From the NCBI GenBank assembly GCA_030141605.1, contig JAQGDQ010000003.1, positions 2,914,001-2,978,000 of the forward strand: 64,000 nucleotides of DNA, in the 5' to 3' direction. The notes beneath the pieces were generated by a model. That model was not told where the DNA came from. It did no database searches and worked only from the letters and a program-made list of their open reading frames with translations. Position 1 is the stretch's first letter; each line of letters opens with the position of its first letter. Below are positions 1-12,421 of this stretch, in pieces. Origin of the DNA: Tubiluchus corallicola. Lineage: Eukaryota; Animalia; Priapulida. The position numbers and the translations under genes are program-made.

Positions 1-77
1 TACTACTACTACTACTGGCACGCGATTATTTATGTACATTGTATCGTTCTTGATAACTTGAACTATTTCACTTCTGG

Positions 78-339
78 TTAAATCATAAGACTAAAATTAC
101 TGAAAACTACACATTAAACCATAAGACTAAAGTTACTGAAAACTACACATTAAACCTTAAGACTAAAATTACTGAAAACTACACATTAAACCATAAGACT
201 AAAATTACAGAAATTGCAATAAAACAGAGCACACAACAACATGTAGCACAGAATTTCATTATTTCATTTTAATTCAATTCAATTCACATTTTTATTTCAG
301 GCTTAAAATCCATGTAAAACATACATGTAAAGTAAATAA

Positions 340-375
<36 letters not shown>

Positions 376-1135
376 AAAGACATTAAGACTTCACATTAAA
401 ACATAAGACTAAAATTACTGAAGACTACACATTAAAACATAAGACTAAAATTACTGAAGACTACACATTAAACCTTAAGACTAAAATTACTGAAAACTAC
501 ACATTAAACCATAAGACTAAAATTACTGAAAACTACACATTAAACCATAAGACTAAAATTACTGAAGACTATGTATTAAAACATAAGACTAAAATTACTG
601 AAGACTACACATTAAACTGTAAGACTAAAATTACTGGAAACTACACATTAAACCATAAGACTAAAATTACTGAAAACTACACATTAAACCATAAGACTAA
701 AATTACTGAAGACTACACATTAAACTGTAAGACTAAAATTACTGAAAACTACACATTAAACCATAAGACTAAAATTACTGAAAACTACACATTAAACCAT
801 AAGACTAAAATTACTGAAAACTACACATTAAACTATAAGACTAAAATTACTGAAGACTACACATTAAACTTCTTCTTCTTCTTCTTCCCAGATTTTCCCT
901 ATGCGGGGTCGCCGTAAAGACTACACATTAAACTATAAGACTAAAATTACTGAAAACTACACATTAAACCTTAAGACTAAAATTACTGAAGACTACACGT
1001 TAAATCATAAGACTAAAATTACTGAAAACTACACATTAAACCATAAGACTAAAGTTACTGAAAACTACACATTAAACCTTAAGACTAAAATTACTGAAAA
1101 CTACACATTAAACCATAAGACTAAAATTACAGAAA
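78..1135. repeat. 36-bp minisatellite (aaccataagactaaaattactgaaaactacacatta) in two blocks
   Basis: Blocks at ~78-210 and ~385-1130; array end plus unique flank duplicated (78-240 vs 1000-1162). Confidence 0.95.
871..916 (-). mobile_element. 5'-truncated RTE-like non-LTR retrotransposon 3' end with (GAA)n tail
   Basis: Minus strand acggcgaccccgcatagggaaaatctggg(aag)n, flanked by an 18-bp duplication aagactacacattaaact (853-870, 917-934). Confidence 0.65.
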
Positions 1136-1462
1136 TTGCAATAAAACAGAGCACACAACAACAAAAACACACATACAAGAGGACACACTATTTACGTTAT
1201 TATATACAAGACAATGCACAGAAGACACACAAAAGACAATTTCAAACAAACCTTGACAAAGAACCATTGCTGGACTATTTCTTTAAAACTAAGTTATCTA
1301 AAGTGTGGATGGAGCTTTGTTCTAGGTACTGTTTTAGAAAGTTTCAATGGCACTTCTTATGTAAGGCACAAACATACTACAAATCACAACACAGGCACAA
1401 TGTTGCTAAGTCAAAATTAAATAGTTAAATAGAAGTAAAACAATGCTGCTGCTGTCTAGAGA

Positions 1463-1654
1463 TTAGTGGGGTTCTGACGATTCACCGGCTGACCAATGTC
1501 TTCCATACAGCTTCTCCAGAGATTTGTACGCTAGGTGGCGCGCTGCTTTGGTTATCAGGTGTTGAAGATTGGTGCCGCTATCTTGCACCTCCTTCTGTAG
1601 TTCCATCAGGTTGGAAAGAATGTCTCCCTTCAGACCGTAAGCTGTGGCGCCCAA
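1463..1654 (-). CDS. CATSPER4: CatSper4 terminal coding exon (LGATAYGLKGDILSNLMELQK...SEPH*)
   Basis: Acceptor ttttag at 1655-1656, phase 0, TAA at 1463-1465. Confidence 0.72.
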   Translation of the reverse strand: MGATAYGLKGDILSNLMELQKEVQDSGTNLQHLITKAARHLAYKSLEKLYGRHWSAGESSEPH

Positions 1655-4600
1655 CTAAAAAAAATGAAAAAAACGCAATTTATTATATTTGACAACAGTA
1701 AAATTAGCACTTTGTAAAACAATGTAAAAACGCATAACCGGTCCTCACACTCGATACTATAGGTTTTACACGTCAAATGTAGACACAGGAAAGTTCAAAT
1801 GTGACTTAGGTAAGTCAAATGTAGATGCGGTACTTTGAATAAATCGGTAATTAACTCATTTAAGTGCAAATTACAAAAAGATAAAACCAAATTAAAATTA
1901 TATTTTATGGTCATGGTGCTATCGGCAGCATCAATTTTTATTATATTTAATGAATTTGCAACTATTTGTATGGACTATTTATATACACCAATTCTACATT
2001 TTATTTGTCAACGTTTTACAAAAAATGTCGGCAGAAAAGAATAAATCGGTTCCCACTTCCCAATGAACAGTGAATCACTAATTAGTTTTTTAAGTAATGC
2101 ATTAGCACTGCATTAATGAATTAGTTTCTCTCAAGAAACATTGTTTATTTTAAGAATGTATTGTTTTCTCTAACAGTTCCAATGGTATGTAAAGTTTGCA
2201 GAATATTAGTGAACCTATAACGTTGTTATTTTAACTTAAGAGCAATTATTAAATTGAAATTAAAGAAGATTAAATTTAACATCCTTAAACTTTACCACCT
2301 ATCCACATTTGAGATACCAATGTCACATTTGACTTGACATGTGTCTACATTTGACTTACCAAAAACGCTTAAGATTTCTTGAAAACCATTGTTAACACAT
2401 TTGAACTACCTAAGTCTACATTTGAGTTACCAAGACACATTTGAATTACCTAAATCTACATTTGAGTTACCAAGACACATTTGAATTACCTAAATCTACA
2501 TTTGAGTTACCAAGACACATTTGAATTACCTAAATCTACATTTGAGTTACCAAGACACATTTGAATTACCTAAATCTACATTTGAGTTACCAAGACACAT
2601 TTGAATTACCTAAATCTACATTTGAGTTACCAAGACACATTTGAATTACCTAAATCTACATTTGAGTTGCCAAGACACATTTGAATTACCTAAATCTACA
2701 TTTGAGTTACCAAGACACATTTGAATTACCTAAATCTACATTTGAGTTGCCAAGACACATTTGAATTACCTAAATCTACATTTGAGTTACCAAGACACAT
2801 TTGAATTACCTAAATCTACATTTGAGTTACCAAGACACATTTGAATTACCTAAATCTACATTTGAGTTACCAAGACACATTTGAACTACCTAAATCTACA
2901 TTTGAGTTACCAAGACACATTTGAATTACCTAAATCTACATTTGAGTTGCCAAGACACATTTGAACTACCTAAGTCTACATTTGAGTTACCAAGACACAT
3001 TTGAATTACCTAAATCTACATTTGAGTTAACGTAGGTCTACATTTGACTTGTAAAACCTATAGATATTCTTAAGAAGATTCTGACACTTTTTAGAAAACA
3101 CAGAAAATGGTTGCCGCCATTCCCTTGAAAATTGTGATGTATAGGCGGGCTTCGTGACTTTTCGTAACCTCTTCGTGGCTTTCCGTGCTGCTTAAACTAA
3201 TTCAAACTTCTGCATCCTACTTAATGTTCATGTAAAAATATCACAAAATTAGCTATCTAATGTTTTCAAAAACGTATCATACCCATGACAGAAACTGACA
3301 GTGCACTGCTTTTCTTCAGTAGAAGAAACGACGTCACTGGTGGAAGAATGGATTTTCAAAATGGGACAGTCCAAGCGTGAAATGATCGCGACTTTAAAGT
3401 GATTTTACAAATTACACAAGGTGGTTAACACACTTTTATTACTAAATCCTTCTAACATTTTTTGCACACTGAAATAAGCCTAACTTCCCAGAAGACTGGA
3501 TATTACCTATTTCCAACAGCCTCCATTTTACTTTTTGAAACAGAGCAGTCTAAACTGCTTATACTTTTTTTAGTACAAGAAATTCATGTTGAAAATTGGC
3601 AGTAGAATTATACATACAAACATCTATATTATTTTCACTGTAAAAAAAGTCACTTTCAGCAAAGCTTTAACCACAAATGCACACTAATAAAAAGCGCACT
3701 TCTCTCAAATTTTAATTTCATTTGCACATTTCTCGCCAACACCACTGCTAATGTTTCCTAATTTAAAGACGGAACTTTAAGATATATCTCAGAAAACTTT
3801 ACATACAAAGTTATATTACTTTACACGACGCTTAACTATTTGACAGACTTGTGTAGTTGCAAAAGAAAATTATTAATAATTTAAAATATTCGCGCCACCT
3901 GGTAAAACGGTACTGCATCGCGCCACCTGGTAAAACGCCACTGCATCGCGCCACCTGGTAAAACGCCACTGCATCGCGCCACCTGGTAAAACGCCACTGC
4001 ATCGCGCCACCTGGTAAAACGCCACTGCATCGCGCCACCTGGTAAAACGGCACTGCATCGCCCTATCCCTCTGTGCACCGCTGATGCACCAAAAACGCAT
4101 TGTTGATTTATTGACAATATAAAGTAATTTAAACTTTTGCTTAGTAATATAGGTTTTACACGTCAAATGTAGACCTACGTTAAGTCAAATGTAGATTTAG
4201 GTAATTCAAATGTGTCTTGGTAACTCAAATGTAGACTTTGGTAGTTCAAATGTGTCTTGGTAACTCAAATGTAGACTTAGGCAGTTCAAATGCGTTAACA
4301 ATGGTTTTCAACAAATCTTAAGCATTTTTGGTAAGTCAAATGTCCTATGTCTACAATTGACCTACCTAAGTCACATTTGAACTTTCCTGTGTCTACATTT
4401 GAAGTGTAAAACCTATAGAGTGAGCTACGAATGCTGTGATTATTTCTTCAAACTTTACACAATGTTATTTAAATTTGTAAAAATGACTTGCGTCAAAATG
4501 GCTGCGCCTAACAGTCATCACAGAGTTAAATTTAGAAGTTACATAGAGCGTTACTGCCATTGCAAGCTCTGTATCGAATAAGACAGCATGTAACTGATAC

Positions 4601-5309
4601 AAAATTTCAAGGAGATTTTTTAAACTTTATTTACGAAGGGTCCTTTCTTGTGCTTTAACGTCTAACAGCTGCTGTTACAAACAGACACAGTAGTAAGGAG
4701 AACCTGTTAAATTATGTTAAAAACAGTAGATTATGATAAATAATTATGTTGACAGATGCTGATATGATGAAGCCAGTTAAGGAGTGGTGTCACGTGATTA
4801 CGTGATCTAGGAATTGAGGCGTCCGGACACCCAGCTGGGGAAATTAGTCTCAGATTAAGTCTAGGAGCCGGACCGTACAGAGAGCCGTTAGATCAGGGGC
4901 CTTTGGCATTGCCATCTATTATATCTATTATGTTGATATTTAATAAACGTGTCATTTTATAATCAGGCTCTTCATAGCTTTGCCATTCCTCAAGCATCAA
5001 TAAACAGCTACACACAACCAATGCAACGCACTATCCACTATACAACGAAATTAATTTTACTGGTCGCCTCGAATACTTACTGAGGTACCGTGAGGTAAGT
5101 GCCTGTTCAGTTGTCGTCTTGGCAAATCGACTTCTGCATTCGCATCATTCAGGAGTTTGTCACGATTCACCTTTGTGTTCAAGTCGCGTACGCAATCGTA
5201 GACCCGGTCAAAGTCGTTTCTGATACCGTTGTACTCGTCCACGTTTTCAGCGAGAGCGTTCAATATCAAATAAAGTGTCTTAAGATGATTCTCATCGAGG
5301 GCTAAAATA

Positions 5310-5351
<42 letters not shown>

Positions 5352-7916
5352 CTTTTATTCATCTTTTAACACACGCACAGTTGTAATACAATTAATTTGG
5401 TAACAAAAATGTGAAGAAAGGGCAGCGAAAGACCAATTGGTCATCTAGTCAGCTGCCCTTTGTTTAGTGAACATTTTTAATAGGCGCTATGCTACAGTGT
5501 ATTAGTGTTAGTACTGCTTATAATAAAAACTAAATTGTTACGAATGACACTAAATTGATATGCTTATAACGTGTTAGTACAATTCATAAACAGTAATAAT
5601 AAGTGCATAATATAAAAAAAATCAAACTGAACTGAAGTAACAACTGAAACAAGAACTGAAATAAAAATCTGACAACAGAAACATAATAACAATGGCAACT
5701 GAAATTTACTTTAGCATAATTCTTAGACATAAGCAAGCGAATGTGTAATGGAGTCATAATATATCATAATAATGTAAAAAAATACAGAGCGACGTATGAG
5801 ACTTTCTTCAATTTGACGATAAAACTTCTCCTATAATTAGGCTGTATTAAAGCAGTAAAGAAAAGCTGTGTTAAATAGCGATTTTGATTAAATTGGTGAT
5901 TAAATTATTAAATTAATAATTCACCCCGGGAGAGATTAGGAACTGACTTGAAGACGGAGGGCTGGCATTGCTATCCTCTTATATTTACCGTGTTGTGTTT
6001 GATATTTAATAAATGTGAAGTTTGTTAAATAAAGTGTTGATAGTTTGCCATGCCCATCGTGGTTCTCTCACACGCTACGCAATAAACAACAATAATCAGC
6101 AAGCAGCATTAACCACAAGAATAAATAGACTTTAACCAATTATTTTACTAAAACCTCAAAAGGCCCTCAGCATTTCTAAGATTAAGGTGCCCCTATATAT
6201 GTGTGATTCAGAATAAAAACAATACTAAACGGTAAAATGAAATTTCATCTTTTGAAATCAAAAAACTTGCAGTAAGATTTATTTGCAGTAAATGCTAGGG
6301 CAATCAAAAGCAACTGTATTCTCTATCATCACGTTTTTACAAGCTTTGCCACCCTTGAAATATACTATGACACATCACATAATCAATCAATGTCATCATA
6401 TGGGCAGTCAACAGTTCACGCTGGTCAGTAGCCAGAATCTCAATGACCATGCGTGCCGTCATATTGTAAACAAACGCAGAAACCGCCACCCACATTCCGG
6501 TATATTTTACTTTTGGGTATTTATTCGATTTGAAAAAACTGTGTGGGGGACCTCATTAACACCACATGCTGATTCATTAAAGATGTTTCATGACTTTAAC
6601 TTATAAGCTGAAATTAAAGCAACGTTCTGTTAAAGCTATTGTTTGAATAAATGTTGTTTTGTTTCTCCAAGTTTCCCATGCACTGCTAAACAACCAAAAT
6701 AATTGTGGCGTAGGCTGCACTATAGGCCTGTATTCCTCTTTACAACGCTTCTTATAATGTGGTTTGCCAATAAACACTAAGCAACCTGGTTTTGCCTAAT
6801 GTTACTGCCTAATCCTGTATATTGTCATGCTTTATTGTAACTATTTAGTATTTAACTAGAGTGATATTGCCTATACAAGACACCTTCTAGATGTAGCAGC
6901 TCACTGGGGTGTTGCCTAGTGGGATGAGCTTTTTCGACAATCTGTTCCAAGCCAAGCACAGTATTTGGCGTCTCTTCATTCTCCTCATCAGCTTCTGTAC
7001 TGGCTAGATTATCAGCTGCAGTGAGCTGTTTCAGCTCTCGCATGGACGCCTCGAGATTGGTAACCACAACAGCCACGACTAGATTAGCAAAGACAAAGGC
7101 TCCAAGCAAAATAGCAACACCAAAGTAAAACATTCCGCCTATGTAGTAAGAACCACCCAATTCTGAAAAGTTTCTGAATATTTGCATCCATCCGTCCTGT
7201 GTAACGCATATAAAAAGGGAAAACATGGCTTCTGGTAGCGCACCAAAATGTTTAGGTACGATCTCACCAAATAAGGTAACCCCCATTACAGAGAGGACGA
7301 TGATAATGATGAACAGAAGCAGACCAATGTTAGCCATATCTGGAATGGACTGCAGTATAGACTGCATAATCATGGAAAGTTGTGCAAGGCCAGCCACATT
7401 TCGCAAACTTCTGAAAGCTCGAAGTACACGTAAAATGCGCAATATACGACTGCTACCCAAAAATGTGACGTTAGGACCCAGTTGAAGTGCAGCAATCAGA
7501 AAAAAATCGAAAATATTCCAGCCGTCTTTCCAGAAAATCCAAAAGCCATAATACCATTTTAAACCCAGTTCACAAGTAAAAATAGTTAATGTCGATTTTC
7601 CAAATATGGCGAAAAAATGCGGATTAGCTACTGCTAGTTCTTCGTCAGTCTCCAATGCAATAAGAATGGCATTAAAACCAATCAGAAAAAATATCGTGCA
7701 TTTAAAATACGTGCTCTGAACTAGTTTTCCACAAAGTTCTTGGGAAACAAAAGTCTGGATTCGTTCATCGTCTTGGTCAACAATATCGTTGAAATCAACT
7801 AAAGCTTCTTCCTCAATAAACAGATCCTCAGGTGCAACAGCTTCTGATAACGCAACATCATCAAACAAAAACCTACGATTGCATACAACCTCGTGGGACG
7901 ACCGTTTTAGAACCAT
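1463..7916 (-). CDS. CATSPER4: Cation channel sperm-associated protein 4 (CatSper4-type pore subunit), spliced gene, ~481 aa
   Basis: Exons 7916-6884, 5301-5081, 1654-1463 join in frame (GAA G|gtgtct..ttttag|CC CTC; TCA|gtaagt..ttttag|TTG). Single 6TM channel: S4 RILRILRVLRAFRSLR, pore FICVTQDGW (TQDGW typifies CatSper4), S6 GAFVFANLVVAVVVTNLE, C-terminal coiled coil. The ATG at 7916 follows an acceptor-like ttttgtaag, so an upstream exon is possible. Confidence 0.88.
1758..3062. mobile_element. Non-autonomous TIR DNA transposon with internal 40-bp satellite
   Basis: TIR tataggttttacacgtcaaatgtagac / gtctacatttgacttgtaaaacctata; ~16 copies of catttgaattacctaaatctacatttgagttaccaagaca at ~2397-3030. 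Confidence 0.9.
3891..4062. repeat. 28-bp GC-rich minisatellite (cgcgccacctggtaaaacgccactgcat) x6
   Basis: Direct tandem repeat. Confidence 0.95.
4148..4417. mobile_element. Internally deleted copy of the TATAGG-TIR element, inverted relative to 1758-3062
   Basis: Same TIRs and caaatgt subrepeats. Confidence 0.88.
4747..5048 (+). mobile_element. Probable solo LTR
   Basis: Starts TGTTG, ends CAAC(g)A, internal AATAAA, flanked by aatta on both sides; related sequence at ~5920-6100. Confidence 0.5.
5081..5301 (-). CDS. CATSPER4: CatSper4 coding exon 2 (coiled coil ALDENHLKTLYLILNALAENVDEY...)
   Basis: Acceptor ttttag at 5302-5303, donor gtaagt at 5080; phases match both neighbours. Confidence 0.8.
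5308..5460 (-). mobile_element. CR1-clade LINE/SINE 3' end with AATAAA and (ATT)n tail
   Basis: Minus strand gggcagctgactagatgaccaattggtctttcgctgccc resembles the CR1 3' stem-loop; further copies at 18478, 19811, 45003, 58768. Confidence 0.6.
6884..7916 (-). CDS. CATSPER4: CatSper4 large exon encoding the entire S1-S6 transmembrane domain
   Basis: Part of ORF 6852..8132 from M73; phase-1 donor at 6883. Confidence 0.9.
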
Positions 7917-9902
7917 CTTACAAAATACAACAGTTAATTCACTAGTTGCATATTCAACAGTAATACAATACGCTGCTATGTGAAAAATACATGTAGTAAA
8001 AATGCATATCACTCGCAAAAGTAAAACACGTGAATAGCAGACAACAAGAGTTGTCAGTTTACAGGTACGCCAGATGGCAGGGCTGTTATACTGCGTGCGC
8101 AGCGCCCTCTCTTCGTCGATTTTTGCAATCAACCATCACATGGATTGAACATAATCACAGAATGAAACTGGCGGAATGAATGGAAACGAAAGTTGCTGTA
8201 AGTTTGCATGACTTGTTCCGTTACTGTGTCTTTATACATTTGAAGTACGAATTACGGAATTTAAAACGCTTACTACATGAAATTTAAATTTTTATGCTTA
8301 TAGCTAAATCCTAATCGTGTTTGTTAGTTCTTCTGTGCTGTAGTGTCTTTTAGAAACTCAGGGTAGCCGCACAAAAACTGCTTTAACTATGTTCAGTCTA
8401 TTGCTCATTAGTCGTGAAATTGGCTTCCAAATTTCTTTTGCAAAGAAAACTTGTGTGGCTCTATGAATACTTTTAATACGCTGAGCCCACTTCATCCCTG
8501 CGGATGTGCCCCCAAATAAGGATATGAAGGCAGGGTTTCTGGAAAACTGGTAAATTCACAGCTTTTCAATAAATTGAATCTCGGAACTATAAATTATTTT
8601 TATTTAGTTGTTGTTTATATCATTAATTTAATCTTATCCACGTTGAGTGTAGCTCATAAGTTAATTTCTTCTGCTGGGGTCATAGCACCGTAATGCACTG
8701 TTAATTAGAAATTTTATAACTTTGTTTTTGTTATATGCGCTAAATGAATGAATAAATAAATCAAAAAATCTAAATTCTACTAAATACAAATCCGAGAAAA
8801 TCGAAGTAATTAATTTCTCTTCACGTTTATTCTAAAAGTCTGATTTACCCCTTCGAAACTCTTAAAAATCAAATTCAGTTAAACTTACTAAATCAATAAT
8901 CACTCAAACTGGCGGTAAGCAATTGGTTTCATTGGTAAGTAGGGCTTAGTATACATATTAGTCCTCTGAGATAAAGCCTCTTGTTCATATTGTGTAATTC
9001 GTGAGCCTAGACCAGTCATGACTTAGAAATGGCTGGAGTCTTATTATTCTCCTGAGTGCAGGGTTTGCTGGGTATCTTTTTCATTAGTTGTCAAAAGTGG
9101 TCTAAGTGAAAAATATGAAGTTTTACATGAGATGCTTAAGTGGTCTATCTTTGTAGGCCTTGCGTAGCTTTCTATACATTCTGACAAAGTTTAGAGCTTT
9201 CAGCCGGAGTAACGACTCGATGCTGATGCTTTGAGTGCCAGGTGCTGCACAACTTATCTGAGCAATCTCGAGGCAAATAAATACTACTAATGACCTCTTT
9301 GTTTTATAAATCTAGATTTCAGTTACTCTGGCACTGTACAGTTTTCGAATATTTTTGCCTCTTGCGAATGTATACTTGCTAACCCTTTTTTTAGATATTT
9401 GGCTTACTAATCCTCTGCCCTTTGTGTAAATACTTATTTCACTTGTCTTGCAGTAGTATTCTTAAATAGTGATTTTTAGTTAAGTTTTTTACTCTCTTGT
9501 GGTACTTGTAATGTACAGAAATAAACATGAAATGTGATAAATAAATTTATTTTGTTTTATAAATTTATGTAATCACTCGAATGCTTGCAAGTAGAAAAGT
9601 TGAAATGTCGCTGATACCAGGTAATCAATCTTCATAGGTACCTAAGTACCCAAATTCATCTATCAGTGCACAATATACATTTCTACGTTTCTCCTTCAAT
9701 TAGTTTGCAAAAGATACGAACTTGCACGGAAGTTTCATAACCCTTCTTTTGCAGCTATCATTATCCCAACAGAATTACTTCATCATGTTTATGCGGTTTG
9801 GCTATTCATACTGTATTGATTTATAAACTGTCGGTATGGAAGTGCTCTTTGAAAGGAAAATTGACTTAGCTACATATGACTAACTTTAAACATTGCTATA
9901 AG

Positions 9903-10162
9903 CAGGACTGGATTACCCTTTAGGCTAGTATAAGCTGCAGCCTAGGGCACCTTGAGCTTATACATTTTTTATTTATTTTTTATTGACGAACAAAAAATAG
10001 CTGTTTCGGTTTATTTAAAGAATATGCAATAAGTTTATTTCAAGCTTTGTACATGTCGCAAAACTATATCACAACTAAAAATATTCAAGATGGGTGTGGG
10101 GAAGTCTGGGGGGCCCATAATTTCATTAGCCTAGGGCCCCAAAAGGCCACAATCTGACCCTG
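9903..10162. mobile_element. hAT-like MITE
   Basis: caggactggatt..aatctgaccctg; 8-bp TSD gctataag/gctgtaag. Confidence 0.75.
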
Positions 10163-11299
10163 GCTGTAAGGAATGTGCAAATGTACAAATTTTTCTGCTG
10201 CCAGAGAGAGAATAGCTCTTTGGTCACCACAAATACTTCCCATATGAAAATAAAAACTTTTGTCTTTAGAAAAAGCCTTTGGAATTTAATGCTGAATGTT
10301 ATAGGCTTTTTAATAAAGAAATTGTGCATATTTTCCGTAGCATTAGCCAAAAACACATCAAGATTCAAATTATTTGGCATAATTGCTTAGAACTGCTACC
10401 AGCTACCAACAGGATTTCAGATTAAAAACTTTAGCCTCGTTAAACATACATATTTATGAATTCGGAAATGGTTACTGCTCGGTGTAAAAATTTAATTTAA
10501 TCTCATGGGTTTGCAAATTGTCTCAAAAATCAGAAAATGTACAGTGCTTTAACTGTATGACAAAAACAAGAACCGCCCTGGTACAGAAGTTGCTTACGTC
10601 GTCAAATGATCCTCAATTGTCTGCGTAAACTTTCAGTTTAGAGGTCTGCACAGGCATGGGCTAGCCCGTAGGCCTGTACCTGGCCTGTCCGACGGGCAGG
10701 GTAAGGCCAGTATTTTAAGTGAATGTAGGAGGAGCAGACACAGGCTTAACTTTTATGGTAGCGTGAATTAAGCACACTTTGTCGCATTTTTAATTTATAC
10801 AGTTTATACACAGATTATTTACTCCTCAAGCAAATAATGTAAATAATTTATAAAAGCAGCACCTGGCTGATAAAGACAGATTATTAACTCTAATGTTTTA
10901 GCTCTAAACTGATAGGGTTTCCTAGCGCTCTAAACTGATAGGGTTTCCTAGCGTTAATCAGTGCAATGCTTCTAGTATGTTCATTTTACTATGCACATAA
11001 TAATTACATAAAAACAAGCAGTGGATTTCTGGCTTAGACAGCTGTGAGCTGCTTCTATTCATTTTTCATCACATACTGACCAGGCACAAGCCTTAATTTT
11101 GTTGATTTTGACCAACTGGGCGGCTTGGTTTTATCAACTAGTTGACAGGCATGGGCCGGCCGGACCGCTGTTCCAGCTGATCTTGCACTCAGATAATCGA
11201 AAAACTGGCTACTCAAAATTCATATAAACGTTCATTAAATGCCCGTTGCTGTTCCCAAAGCATTCAAGAAGTGCTTTGGTCACCTGTAACTAATTTATG

Positions 11300-11685
11300 A
11301 TCATTATGCATTACTTGCTAAACTTTGTGAAGCACCTAATGTCTGATTATTATGCATTGCTAAACTTTGTGAAGCACCTAATGTCTGATTATTATGCATT
11401 GCTAAACTTTGTGAAGCACCTAATGTCTGATTATTATGCATTGCTAAACTTTGCGAAGCACCTAATGTCTGATTATTATGCATTACTTGCTAAACTTGAT
11501 GAAGCACCTAATGTCTGATTATTATGCATTGCTAAACTTTGTGAAGCACCTAATGTCTGATTATTATGCATTACTTGCTAAACTTTGTGAAGCACCTAAT
11601 GTCTGATCATTATGCATTACTTGCTAAACTTTGTGAAGCACCTAATGTCTGATTATTATGCATTGCTAAACTTTGTGAAGCACCC
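11300..11685. repeat. 42-bp minisatellite (tgctaaactttgtgaagcacctaatgtctgattattatgcat) x~8.5
   Basis: Direct tandem repeat. Confidence 0.95.
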
Positions 11686-12287
11686 TGTTTTGGGGATAAA
11701 TACCGCCACAGATTAGCAAGAAACTTGTACATATTCTGAAAGCTTATTTCATCAGAAATTTGGTTAAGCATGACTTGAAAACGTTCATTGTACAAGTACA
11801 TGGAAAATAGCACTCAAGTACCAAGTACAAGTACAGGACACCATTTCTGACAGTTATTCAACGACTGTTATTCAGTTTTCTGGCCAGAACATAAGCAGAC
11901 TTTTGGTAGCGAGTTTCTGATCTTTTCTCTGGTGTGTACCTCTATGTTCTACGCGTAGTGCGAAAGTATTTTGTGAAAAATGTAACATTTCCAATATCTT
12001 GACTCTATATGCTAGTGTTTGTGCCTCGGTATTGTTTAAAAAACTTCTCAAAACGTCAGAAAAAATGGAGTCATCTTATGAGCAATATTTAGTCTCGCTG
12101 CTGTCGGTCGTATCTAAGTTGTTTTTAATTCGTTACCATGAATGTCAAAGATAGAAGGTTAGACGCACAGGCTTGTAGAATTGCATGGTAGTGTGACCCA
12201 GCGAAGAGACATTTCACTGGGGCCCTCAACCTAACATTTGACTTATTTTCTTGCTGTTAGTGTTGTTATGAGAAATTCAGAAAGAAT

Positions 12288-12421
12288 GGAAGGAGTTTAC
12301 AATTCCTCACGTAATTTAAATACCCTAACCCAAATCCTAACCCTAAATCTGACCCTAACCCACCCTAACACTAATCAGCTTTTTGAACTAATTTTTTGTG
12401 TGGGGGGAATTGTAAACTTCA
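12288..12421. mobile_element. Short inverted-repeat element with an internal (cctaac)-like tract
   Basis: ggagtttacaattcc / ggaattgtaaacttc flanking ccctaaccc repeats; a similar ggttagg tract at ~57740-57800. Confidence 0.55.

Noticed and set aside
901-1428. 175-aa ORF with NHKTKITENYTL repeats
   Set aside because: Translation of the 36-bp minisatellite; its ATG comes from the small retroposon insertion
2397-3030. Regular repeat arrays resembling CRISPR (also 11300, 14390, 18794)
   Set aside because: Units are head-to-tail with no unique spacers, no cas genes, and the context is eukaryotic introns
3832-4166. Three minus-strand ORFs with a 28-aa repeat
   Set aside because: Product of the 28-bp minisatellite read in all three frames
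7917-8132. 72-aa N-terminal extension of the CatSper ORF from a TTG start
   Set aside because: Non-ATG start, intron-like composition and an acceptor AG immediately before the ATG at 7916
12320-12372. Telomere-like (taaccc) tract
   Set aside because: Degenerate and enclosed by inverted repeats of a short element; not a telomere or fusion scar
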